From the NCBI GenBank assembly GCA_016748015.1, contig JAAOMT010000174.1, forward strand, positions 2,864 to 50,921: DNA of 48,058 bases, in the 5' to 3' direction. Below the pieces are notes generated by a model. The model saw only the letters and a list, made by a program, of their open reading frames with translations. It was not told the DNA's origin and made no database searches. Shown piece by piece: positions 11,818 to 23,588 of the stretch. The position numbers and the translations under genes are program-made. Each line of letters starts with the position of its first letter. Positions within the stretch are counted from its first letter, which is position 1. Source of the DNA: Geosiphon pyriformis uo1 (lineage: Eukaryota > Fungi > Glomeromycota).

Positions 11818-13116
11818 TCATCCAGTTGAACCAAAACCTTGGGTTCCTCTATCGCTTTTTCCTAATTGTTCTCTTTGATTGACTAGTTGCAAACCCAAAA
11901 TATTGATTAAGGGTAGGTAAATAGCTTGGGCAATTTTTTCAGCATGTTCAATCTTGAATAGTTTGTCAGTTTCATTTTGAAGCATCACTGTTATGTCTCC
12001 AGTATATCCAGCATCAATTATTCCTCCTCTGACATTGATTCCTTTGCTTGCCAGAGAAAACCGGGAGGCAATTTGAACCATTGCTCCTGGCGGAATTTCG
12101 AGTGCAATTTTGAGATTGATTTTTGTAAGAGATTTGGGTTTGAGAACAAAAGTATCCTTGCCTGGATATTTTAGGTCATATCCAGCATCAATTTCGTGTG
12201 CTTTTTCGGGTTTTATTCCTTGTCTGTTGTTGTTGAAGTATTTAAGTTGTAAGGCAGGCTGATTTTCAATAAGGTAGATGGGTGTTGTTTCAATTTCTTC
12301 CATTTCTTCAGGTTCTCCAAATTCAATTTCATTCTCATTATTTTCGCTGGGCAAGGGGATACTAAGAGCATAGCATTCAGGACACCATTGTTCATCGCAA
12401 GGCATAATGCATTTTTCACATAGCCTAATGTTCATTTGCTCTAATCGTTGAATTTGAGCTTCTTGGGTCAAGTAGGTGTGACTTGTAATTTGGTGGTAGA
12501 CTTCTACTTCATCTTCGTAATCGAATCCAGCTAATTCTATGGTGTATTCAATGTATTCTGCTTTCTTCATTTGATGAACATCTTCTTTGGTAGCTCTATT
12601 AATTAATGCCATTACTAAGTCAAAAATTATTTCAGCATTATGAGGGTAGTGATAAAGTTTGTTGAGAGCACTGTTGTATGCTGTATTAAAAGATGTTCCT
12701 CTTTTTACTTTTTCTGAAATTGATAAAGCATATTGGCAGGTCTGATTGCAGATGCCTTCTCTCATTGCTATATCAATCCAATTGCATTTTTCCAGTAGCA
12801 TATCTCTACAAGTCAAACAAAGGGTGTTGTCCCATTTTCCGCTTCTTTTTATTAGATGGCCCCATTGCTCTTTGTGGCAAGCCTTGCAGTAATAACAAGT
12901 ATGATTCTCATATTCTTCTTCAAGTGAAATGCAGGCTTCCATTAATGATAGTTTTTTGTGGCAGTCCTTACATTTAAGGGGAATATAGGGGTGTTGTTTT
13001 CTTGGTTCGGGTTTTGAGTAAGGTATATTCCATCCAGAGGTTTCGGGTTTAATGTGTAGGGTAAAATGTTCTTGTTCTGTTTCATTGGCCCAGTTGGATG
13101 TTGATCCAAGAGCCAT
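11818..13116 (-). CDS. dut: Polyprotein segment of element D: Cys-rich multi-CxxC domain plus trimeric-type dUTPase
   Basis: All five dUTPase motifs are present (AGYDL, ASRFSL, GIIDAGYTG, KIAQ, RGTQGFGSTG). Upstream are CKDC, CKAC, CLTC, CNQTC and CEKC-x3-C-x4-CPEC. Confidence 0.92.
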   Translation of the reverse strand: MALGSTSNWANETEQEHFTLHIKPETSGWNIPYSKPEPRKQHPYIPLKCKDCHKKLSLMEACISLEEEYENHTCYYCKACHKEQWGHLIKRSGKWDNTLCLTCRDMLLEKCNWIDIAMREGICNQTCQYALSISEKVKRGTSFNTAYNSALNKLYHYPHNAEIIFDLVMALINRATKEDVHQMKKAEYIEYTIELAGFDYEDEVEVYHQITSHTYLTQEAQIQRLEQMNIRLCEKCIMPCDEQWCPECYALSIPLPSENNENEIEFGEPEEMEEIETTPIYLIENQPALQLKYFNNNRQGIKPEKAHEIDAGYDLKYPGKDTFVLKPKSLTKINLKIALEIPPGAMVQIASRFSLASKGINVRGGIIDAGYTGDITVMLQNETDKLFKIEHAEKIAQAIYLPLINILGLQLVNQREQLGKSDRGTQGFGSTG

Positions 13117-13189
13117 GAATGTTTCGATTATTGGTTTTTTTTCTTCTGGTTCAAATTTAAAAGCTGGGGCTTTTTCAGAGCGTTTGTTG

Positions 13190-15600
13190 AATGTACCACA
13201 AATGGCAGATACCCGGGCGTGTTGTCCTTGGTAAGAGATTGTTAACTCTTGTGTTTCTCAATTCAGATTAGCATTGGCTTTTTGAAGCCAATCATTTCTG
13301 ACAAGAGCTTAATACTGGGGTGCATTCATTACAAGAACTTTGACTGGAATGGTGATTCCATCAAGAGTGAATGGAAAATTGTCAATTTCTCTTACTGGGG
13401 TCTTTTTCATGTCATCAGCAGTGACAATTACTGTTTGAGCTGGTTAGTCGACATTTCTTTTCAACTGTTGCATTAACTGGTAGGTGATAATGTTTCCGGC
13501 AGATCCACTGTCTAGGATCAAGTGAATTGGCTTTCCTTCTACTTCAGCTTCTGTGTATATTACAGTGATGGCTTTTTGCTCATTAGCCGCTGTATTGCTA
13601 AGCAAAAATGGTGATTCATTTGCTTCAAATTCAAAAGAAAAGATATCAGAAAGATTGGCGTTTTCAGCAATTCGGGCTGGTGGAATAGTGATGTGGTTAT
13701 GAGAAGGGTTTCATTGTTGTTGTGCTGTAGCTCTACCTTCCGAAAGTACAGTATAGTGAAAATCCTGTTCTTCCGGCATTGTTAAATAACTGGGTTGAGT
13801 GTGGTAATGGTTGGGTCTTGGTTGAGTGGTATTTTAGGGAACAATTGGTTGTTCGAACTGATTCTACTGTTGTTTACTTGGTATCGGTTTTGTGGTGTAA
13901 ATTGATTTTGTGTAATCAGTCTTCAAGCAGGTACTTGATAATGTTGTGTGGGTGGTTGTTGGTATTGCTGTTGGATTGGTTGTGGGGCAGGCTGATAATA
14001 GTTATTTTGGTATTGGGGTTTTGGTGAATAGTAAGCTGGTGGTGATAGTTGATAATAAGATTGCTGTGGTGGAGAGTAACATTGATTACTCCTATTTTGT
14101 TGGTCTCGTTGCAGCTTTCTGCAATCTCTTTTCCAGTGGCCAGAGATTCCACAGTAATGGCAATTCTGGGGCTGGTTATTGGAAAGTGGTGCAAAGTTAT
14201 TTTGATTTCGTCTTTGGGGTGGTTGATATCTTTGGGGTTGTTGTTGTTGTTGGTTGGTAAAATAGTTTTCGACCTTCTTTGTGAGTTGGTCAATTTTTTC
14301 CTCAGCTGCTAAGCTGGTTTCTCCAATTGCCAAATTTACAAGTTTTGTATGATTGGCTTCTTCTATAGCTATTTTGTATCTTTTCGCATGCTGTATGGCA
14401 GAGTTTAAATCTTCTGGCACGTGTAGGTGAACCTTTTTAATTAGTTTATCTTTTAGACCAGTGATAAATTGATCCAAGATTTGAGCATCGGAATAATAAT
14501 CATTTGTCTTGAGTTGGCAAATTCATCTGAGAAGTTTGTTGAATTTCCCAATATAAGTCATAACGGATTCGGAGGGTTCTTGTTTGATATTTCAAAAACG
14601 ATTGCGAAAAGTGATGGAGGTATTATTGTCGGTGAACTGTTTAAGGAAGGCTGCTTTGAAAACATTTCAATTATTAAATAGGGCAGCAAGGTTTTCAAAC
14701 CATTCTCCTGCTGTTCCTTTGAGAAAGTAGGGAATTGTTCTTAACATTCTGGCAGCGTTCCATCCATTTGCATCTCCAGCTTTAGTAACTTGGTCGAGCC
14801 ATTCTTGGGGACTGGTTTTAATATCTTCTCCATTGAATTCAGGAATTTTTGCAATGTATGTTGTCATTTCGTCTTCTCCGTTTTCATCATCTATTGATTT
14901 TTCTTTGGTTATTTCAGAGTTGTTTTCTTTGTTTGCTACTGTCTCAGAGTGTTCACTTTGATTTTCAGCTAGAAAATCAAGGAGATTGGAATTAGTTTGA
15001 AGGGGTTCTTGTTGTCTGGTGGGACTTCTGAGTGATGTAAAATCTTCTGGTCTTGCAAATCAATTCAAGAGTGAATTAGGTGTTTGTGCTTGTGCAAGTA
15101 AAGCTAGAAAAGGTGTGATAGTAAGTGGAAGTTTTGAGCTGGTTCTTTGTTCAGGTGTTTGTAAATGTTTGAATGATATTTTGGGAGTATTGGGTGTTGT
15201 GTGAACAGGTCGGTTATTTTTTTGTCTTTTGTTGCTACTAGTTTCAGTTTCAAATTCGAGTTCAAAGGCAAATTGTGCATTTGAAGGATATTTTTCTTTG
15301 CAGAATTGAATGATATTATAATCAAGTTCCTTAAAATAAGTAGCACAAGCTTCAGCACTAATGTTTTCTGATTCAGTATTGGAATAGTGTAGTATGTTCT
15401 CAAGAAGATCTTTTTTAACTGTTGTAATATTATAGTTCCCAAAGAGATAGTCATTGATTCAATTTTCGATGTATTGAAAAAATGTATTCTTGAAAGCTAT
15501 GATTCCGTCACATATTTCAAATCATTGTTTGCAGTGTGTGTAAATTGATTGATAGTACTCTAAGGTTGTGATGTCTGAGGCGGTCACCACTTTGAATTTG
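13190..15600 (-). pseudogene. gag: gag (capsid-like plus CCHC knuckle) and aspartic protease of element D
   Basis: IAKIPEFNGED..PQEWL..ANGW, DQFITGL, CHYCGISGHWKRDC, and HLILDSGSAGNII near 13490-13525. Confidence 0.92.
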
Positions 15601-15612
15601 TTGCTGTGTTAT

Positions 15613-15630
15613 TTCTGTGGAAGAGCACCA
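15613..15630 (-). promoter_or_regulatory. Primer binding site of element D
   Basis: The minus strand reads TT-TGGTGCTCTTCC after the LTR end. Confidence 0.7.
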
Positions 15631-15632
15631 AA

Positions 15633-16611
15633 TGTTACTAGAAGTTTTTGGTCTCTTTTCTTAAATGTTGGTAATGTTGATTTGCTGTGAATTCACGTTT
15701 TTAGGAAGTAGTTGAACCTCCAATAACTGAATTTATCTTCAAATTATCTCTTATAATTTGAACTGCTGGACTTATAAGTGGAATGGCCAATTCCTTGCCA
15801 GTTACTTTATGTAGTTACGTTGTAGTAAATGTCAACTTTTTCCCAGGAATTGCTTGTTTGGAAGCTCATTAAAATGTATAGTTACTTTGCTGTGAAAGTC
15901 AACTCTTCTACAAGAATTTTGTCTGTAGGCTACCCTAATGATTGTAATAAGAAAAAAAAAGGAAAATAAAAGAAATGTAAAAGAAATAGAATTTTGTCAA
16001 GAGAAACGTTTTCTATCCAGGCCTGAAGTCACTAACAGTTTACTGAAATTGGTAGCTAATCAATTTCGAAATGTTAGTTGGGTTTTTGGGGGTTTTTCCA
16101 AGTATAATAATTAAAGAATTTGGTTTTTCGAATTTATTTGATATTTATTTTTTTGTGTGTATAAAAATGGTTTTTAAGAGATAAATCTAAAGTAAGATAC
16201 ATTTTCTCAAAGAGAGAAGCTCTTCTTTTATACAACTTGTTGTAACACTATTTTATGAACTTGAACTTTGCTATTTTCTACAATTTTGCTGAACTAAAGA
16301 TACATTTCGGCAAACTACAAGTTATTTCAGCAAACTATTAGATATTTCGGTGAACTATCAATTATTTTGGCAAATTTCTACAAATTTCGGCAAACTCTGA
16401 ATATTACATAGTTCGGGGTATTGCATGATTGATCATCGCAATTAGGTTATATTTGTGTTGTGTACAATTTGGGTTATTAATTAAATGATAATTTCGGACA
16501 TTTTTGCTAATGTAATAAGTGATCATTTGAAATGATAATATATGCTAATTAATGATAGGAATTATAAGATAATTTTATGCTAAATAATATCTCTAATTTC
16601 ATCTGGTAATA
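15633..16611 (-). repeat. 5' LTR of element D
   Basis: Direct repeat of 6757-7738, with one terminal C>T change (GTAATA). Confidence 0.96.
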
Positions 16612-17205
16612 CTATCCTTAAATTCTTAATTCCTATACTCTTCCTTTGGGGTCTTTTACCAGGCTATCTTTGATGTTAATAACTCAGTGCTTAATTTTTA
16701 ATCAATTAGTAAAACAAAGAAATAATAAAAATAAAAGAAAATAAAAGAAAATAAGCCAAAGTAATAAATATTAGTATCCTATTAATAGCTGTGATCAAGA
16801 ACTATTGTTCCAGTATAGTTAAGTATTAATTGTTATCAACATGAAGTATTAATAGTGAAGAGTGAATTTGATATTGAATAATTATTTATTTGATATTTGT
16901 GAAGTAAAAGGTTGCTTAGATTAAATCTAAATTGGAAGATCTGTTTTTTTTCTATTTTTAACACTACTGATATATATACATAATTAAGATTTCTCAATTC
17001 CTCAATTCTTCACACCAGAAATCCTACAATTCCTTTGAAAAAAATTCTGGAATTCTGGAATCCTGCAATTTCTTATATGAGAATTCTGAAATTTCTGAAA
17101 TCCTGCAATTTTTTTGAGAAAAATCCTGGAATTTTATATTTACTATGACTACTTCTGATTGGCTAATTTATGTACTAATATATGTTCCATATTCTATAAG
17201 TAACA

Positions 17206-17300
17206 ATATTATCTAATATTATTGCATACTATTCTGTGTTATGTCATATTCTGGTTATGTTTCTTCATAACTTCAGATCAGTTTTTCTACTTAGATAACA
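17206..17300 (-). repeat. Inverted partial LTR-A, segment 3 (LTR 5' tip)
   Basis: Reverse complement matches 1445-~1540. Confidence 0.9.
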
Positions 17301-17423
17301 ATGTTTTACAAGTGCAGCCCAATTACTATCTAGTATACAGAATCAAAACTATAGATCCTAACTAAACACAATTCACATATTTACCATATATGACCAGTCA
17401 CTTAGACTAATTAAAGCAATATT

Positions 17424-20400
17424 AAGTCTTTATACAAACAGAAACTAAACCACTAAAACCAGAAAAAAACAAACAAGATATATAGAAACCAAAACTAACT
17501 CCAAAAAAATCATTAATACCTATTAACTTAACTATACCATTTGATAGAACCAGCACTGTGCCAACAGATATCATAGACACCACCTCTAAATTACCAATTA
17601 AATTTTTTTTTTATATCTACTCTAAACTTAAATCTAATATCTTACAACTTAAAATGGTGTTGCATACCTAAACCACATAAAATTAACCAAGATTTGGGCA
17701 GTCTCTCTATGATTTTCAAAAATTCTTACCACCTCCTAAAACCACTTCATAAGCACAAAGCTTTTGTAGAAAAGTACATATAAGCCAACATCAGATAAAC
17801 ACAAAAAAAAAGATTTCACAATCACAAAAAAAATAAGAAGACAAGAACCATTCAAAAACTTCCAAATTAAAATACATTTAAACAAAATTGCCTTATAAGA
17901 GACAGACTCCTTGTTACATATAAACACATAATTGGAAAACTCAATCTCTCTACAATATAAACATAAAACACCAAGATAACATTTGTTGTAAAACCTCTTC
18001 TTAATAGCAATAAGCAGCCTTCTATAGACAGTCTTCATAAAATAAGTACATAAACCAGCCAAAGTTCTGCTTATAGACTCTAACAGCATGTGTAAATTTG
18101 GATGCCAAACTGCTATAGTATGAACTCAATCAACATCACAAACTAAAAAACTATCTAAAACCTTAGAACCAGGACCAATTTTCTAGCATGCATAATTTAT
18201 TAACTTAAAAATGTTCCAAACAAAATAACAAATATTACCAAAAACTGACAAACTATTAGTTACAATAAAGCATTCACACATATTAAGCAGCTACTCTTAT
18301 CAAAACATCTGTATAAATATTACCCAAAACTTCTGAATAGTCTCTAATCTTCGACTAGACTACAGAAATATTTTTATTAACAATCAAATTTGCAATATGT
18401 CTTCTCTCCATCCAACAACTATTACAAAAATTGGGACCAAATAACTTCAACTCTAAGACACATGTATCTAATATAACCTAATTGTTTAAACACACTACTA
18501 CCAAACAAGAAAAAGACACATATTTCAAAACCAAAGCAATACCACATTTGTTCAAAAGTCTGTCACAGAAGGCCACACCAAATTTTTTTAAAGAACTAAC
18601 TTGATCATAGTAAAAAAATGACTCCAAAACACTCGAAACAGAAAACCTGCCAGGACAAAAGAAAGCACAAGGCAAATTGTTTACCATAAAAATACCATTT
18701 TCCAAAAAAACCTGCACAATTCTGGCCAAAAAATTGTTTAAAGAACTAACTTATAACTGCATTAGATATTGTAAAAGATTCAAAAAAATCCAGTCCAAAA
18801 CCTGTAAATCCAAAAATCTGTATTCAAAAAGCTGATCAAAAATTCCAAAAGCATTAGCAAACATGACAACTGAAGCTAATTTCCTTTCAACCTAAACTTG
18901 CTTAAATGTTTTCAGACTATACAATAAAAAATAATATAGCATTTTATTTAGAAAATCACAAAGCAGTCTAGTCTTTGACTTAAAATTTTTCTTAAACAAA
19001 GCATCCCAATGCTGGTAAACAATAGAAGGGATAAAACTAAACTGAATACAGTAGTCAATAATGGGCTGCAGAACTGCTGAGACCAAATACAAGAACTGTT
19101 TATCCGAAATAGTCTTTTTTAATACCATATTGGAAAAAAACTTAATATTAGACTAAATCTTAGCCAAACTGAACTTGGATAAACTATTAGTAAATAAAAA
19201 AATATCTAAATACCTGTAAGGTATACCACACTTGGCAATTAAAATAAGAGACCCACTAATCCTAAGAGCAGTATTCTTAACTCTCCTATTGATAAGAATG
19301 GCAATTATTTTGTTGTTATTAATTGAAATGTTATTAATTGAGAAAAATTTATTGGCAATATCTAATATAAATTGTGTAGCAGTTTGGCTATTTCCAATCC
19401 AGATAGTATCATCCACAAAAGCCCCAGTCATAAAAAAAGAAGTCATTCTATCTATATTATCAATTCTTTTTGTTTTGGCCACAAACTTGGTATCAATCCA
19501 GTAATTATATACACATCTGTCTTTTGACTTTGCATAAAAGATGATCATAAAAAATTTGTTAAAGAAAAGAAGAGAACACTTCATCTTAATTAAAACTATT
19601 GAGCACCCAATATTCATCTAAAAAACCAAAATCTGTTATAACTCTGTTCAATCTATCCTTATGAATTCCACCAAAAAACTTAATGAATCTCTCGCATATT
19701 TTAATATACTGCAAATTAGCTCTCAAATAATGCCAACCAACCAAATTATATATTTTGTGCATATCCTGCAACATCAATTAAACTTTTCTGCCTTTTTCCA
19801 AAACATCTTTAACCACAAACCAACTGCAAAAATAGGAGACTGCATCAAAGTATCCTTTAAAACAAAGAAGTTATCTTTACAGAAAACACCAAATTTACTG
19901 CAGATAAAAAAGATCTGATCCGAAAAAATTTTAGAAAGAATTTTATGAATAGTTTCAACCAGAGCAATAGGACAAATATTTGTCAAAATGTCATTCTATT
20001 TATAAGGTTTGGGTATCATTGAAACTCATGCCTTTTTCCATAAAATTGGAACAGCACCCAACTTCAAGCACAAATTTAAAAAGTCCAAAAAACTCCTGAG
20101 AATGTTGTTATCACAATTTTTTCACAATTTATTAGGAATTTTACTAAGACTAATAGTTTTCTTATCAGGCAAATGTTTGACAACTTGAACTAACTCACTA
20201 AAACTGATAATGTTCATAATATCAGAGAAAGTATTGTTATTTACATGCTGCAAAAAGACATACTAACAGGCCCAAAGATCAAGCAAAGATCCAGAAACTA
20301 AATTTTTTCTGATCCATCTTTTCATTATAACATTAATCTTAAATTTAACATTATCAGAATTCAAAACCAGCTTATTATCAACAATTAAATAGTCAAAAAC

Positions 20401-21719
20401 CACTTTATAAAATAACTTATCCAATATACTCTTGATTATACAGCCTTTGTCTGAGCAAAAATTTTCTATTCTCTTATTAATAACACATCTAATAGCAACA
20501 GACTTAGCAGTCTTAAATTCATGTATTTTGGAACAATAATAACTTTTTCTGATCCTAAACAAGCAACTAAAAATGTCCATACTGCTGGTGCTATTATTTA
20601 ATATGTTTTGAATTTCAAGAGTCTTAACATTATTAGCAATTAACCAAGTATCAAGAAGTAAGTCAATTCTAAAAAAATTACCAGATTGAAAAAACTTAAC
20701 CACTTTGACAACTAGCAGTTCTAGCTTAAAAAACTTAGAAAATTGTTTGTTAACAGAACATTTAATATTGTAAAACCAATGTTTAGAAAAAACATTATTA
20801 GCTGAATTTACTATCACTTTCTTTAGCAAATTCCACATAGTATTAAGATTTTACTAGCATTTGCAAATAAGAACTTACTAATTACAGAAAAAAACTTAAC
20901 AAAAACACACTCTTTGAAATGAGTCTATTTGGAAGTATTCATACTAGCAATTTTAAACTTCCAACAATCTCTATTAGCTTGTTTACACAAACTATTTAAA
21001 TAAAAATCTAAAAGTCCATCCAGACCAACTGATACTATAACAGCCTTGTAATCAATATCGAAAAAATCAGAAGCAGAAACAACTTTATGACTAACAATTG
21101 TTGACAATAGATACTTACTAACAAAAATGTTAAAAATAATCATTTTGACTCTCTTCAAATTGCTCTATATAAAAGTCTTGGCCAAATGATAGTTTTTAAG
21201 CAAATTAATCAAACCCAGATCTAAACAAAAACAAAAGCTCACACTCTTTTTAAAATCATTCTCATTAAAATTCTCATCCAAGACTATAAAAATGCTGGTG
21301 TTAACTATTTTTGCAATAAAAAAATTAATCTTAACTGCCTGACCAAATCTAGTTCTAGTAAAAGCACCAGCATACAAGCCCAAAATTATAACTAAAAGCT
21401 TGTTTTTAAAAAAAAACTGAACTGAAATGACATGGTCAGACATTTCTTCAATCTTAAAAACATGTTGAACCAGGAAATTGTTCATAATAATTGCTACTTT
21501 AACACCAAGAAAATTCTTATCCAAACCAAATGTAAATACTTATATACTATAAAACTTGTTTATAATCTATGACCTAATACTAGATCTTAATTTTGTTTCT
21601 ATAATTATTGAAATCATATTACTAGAGTCTATGTGCCAATGCACAATATCTTCTTGCTTAGCTGACACATTGATACCATAAATATTATATGTAGCAATTT
21701 TTCAAATCAAACTACTTAT
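17424..21719 (-). pseudogene. LINE copy 1 ORF2 (APE-RT-partial RNase H)
   Basis: Track fragments from 21524 down to 17736 align to ORF2 of copy 2. Confidence 0.88.
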
Positions 21720-23588
21720 TAGGAAGAAGAAGACACCTGAAAACCAGATCCAGTATACAACTGATTTAACTTCATTAAAACTGAACCAATAAAGACTTTA
21801 AAAACCACCAACTTAGACTCTAAACAGTCCACCTTAGTAGTTAGCACTTTCAAACTACTTGGATCCAGAACTGAGACATCAAAGACAATAAAAAAAGAGG
21901 CAAAGACACCAGCATAGGACTGTCTAAAATTATAGTTAAATTCAAATCCAAATCGGCAGCCATTGGGGTAGTCAAGACATGGGAGAAAAAGATGGAAGCC
22001 AGAGACACCAATTCCAAATTGTAGAGCTTGTACACAATACCAGAAACCTAATCTGTTAAAAGTTTCAAGAAATGTTTCAAGAAGGCCAAATAAGTATTTA
22101 AGAGTGAGTTATCAGCAAAGATAAAAAAAAAAGTACCATCCAAATCTGAAACACTAGAAAGAAAGAAACTAGGACCAGAATTAAAGTGAGTACTACCAAA
22201 AAAACCAGTAAGTGAGACTACTTGGGCCCAAAATTTGCCACCAAAAACAGCAGAGCAAAAGATCAGAACACACTTCTTTTTATACAACTTGATGAGCTGA
22301 AAGCAATCTTTCTCAGAAACAACTTTTTTATAGAACTTCTTTGATAATAGCAGCATAGATACATTTGATGCATTATATTTAAGAGCTGAATGTCCAAAAT
22401 GCTCACACTTTTTATAATAAACCAAATCTATCTTAGCCCAAAAGAGTTTTATTCCACTAAAGATTGGTTTCATGTGAAAAACAGATTCCAAATTCTTTTC
22501 AAAGTTAAAGCCAACCACAACACAGCAAATTCTACTACCAGTTTCTATAGATCTATTATAATGCAAGTTTTCTCACCAGCTTTTTTTAAAAAAGTTCTAA
22601 AATCATGTACTGTTATTCTCATTGGCAAGGTAAACAAAAGTACTCTAAATTGATTTCTAGATGTCCAAATTTCATGATTCTCACAGTTTTGGCTATATGC
22701 ACAGAATCTTTTTCAATTAGAAATAATTATCTTAAAACCAATTGATCAGCTTGATCCGATTTGACAAATTCTACTATAACCTTCCACCACATTCCAATTA
22801 ATTGAATTTTAATAGACTTAATCTTCCCAAATTCAAATATTGTGGCAATAATCATATCTTTAAACATGTTCATAGAAATTTTTTTGATTATTACAGTCTG
22901 ATTTGACCTTATTCCTTGTCTCTTAAGATTACTGTTTATGTCAATCTCCTTTTTTCTAGCCAATAAAGCAGCTATTTCCATGCTTTTCTCTGAAGTAAAA
23001 GTAGATTGAATGATCTTTTTAAATTTTAAGGGAGTAGCAACTTCCCCAAAACCATTGATTAATAAAAACAATTTTCTGATAACTTGGATTTTAGCTGTGG
23101 CAAATTTGCTTTCTACTACTAAAAGATTAATATCCAAAGCAAATAATTTCTTAACTAACACTTTCACTGAAGTTTTGATTATTTTTGGATCAATTTATTT
23201 CTTGTTTAAAGAGATAGACAAGTAAAAAAGGAAAACAACTTCATCATCTTCCATATTAAAATTGGAAAAACTGAGCAGAAAGCAAAAACAACACTAGTGT
23301 TGACATGTTTTGCCTTAGAAGTGATAACAGCTAAGCCCAAAAAAAACTCACTATATACAACAAATATGCAAGCATCTTTATCATCACCAGACAGACTATC
23401 TACATCAGAATATATGCTATTATCAGACCCAAATTTACTCAAAGAGATAAACTTCTTATCACTAAAGTGTTTGACATTTCCAAAAATCACTTTTTTCTTT
23501 TAAAAAAAACCACCAGCAGAACCATAAAAAACACTTTTGGGTGCCTTTTTTTTAGACATGATGCTACTTGTAGTAGTCTTTAAATTTA
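21720..23588 (-). pseudogene. LINE copy 1 ORF1
   Basis: MSKKKAPK start region, RRM-like EFGKIKSIKIQ..VEF, and decayed knuckle YKKCEHFGHSALKY. Confidence 0.85.

Larger units (their letters stand above)
6757..16611 (-). mobile_element. Full-length Ty3/Gypsy LTR retrotransposon D (dUTPase-bearing, non-chromovirus)
   Basis: Two ~980 bp LTRs, CTAT TSD (6753-6756 / 16612-16615), PBS, PPT, and PR-RT-RH-IN order. Confidence 0.96.
6511..17205 (-). mobile_element. Solo LTR B (6511-6756 plus 16616-17205), related to element C LTRs and split by element D
   Basis: The minus strand starts TGTTACTTATAG...AGCCAATCAGAAGTA and ends AAATAATCACTTGTAACA, like LTR C. TSD is ATGT (6507-6510) / ATAT (17206-17209). 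No internal domain of its own. Confidence 0.88.
1445..17300. mobile_element. Rearranged Ty3/Gypsy element A with inverted LTR 5' ends, containing nested insertions
   Basis: Starts TGTTATCTGAG at 1445 and ends CTTAGATAACA at 17300, the reverse complement of the same LTR start. ATGT lies at 1441-1444 and 17301-17304. Removing the block rejoins the 3' end of the minus LINE to its poly-A tail. Confidence 0.85.

Noticed and set aside
13779-14312. Hydrophobic plus-strand ORFs
   Set aside because: Antisense shadows of the CAA-rich gag linker. The same applies to 40290-40742.
1445-17300. DIRS-like element (inverted termini)
   Set aside because: No tyrosine recombinase. It has a TSD, tRNA PBS and aspartic protease typical of Gypsy.
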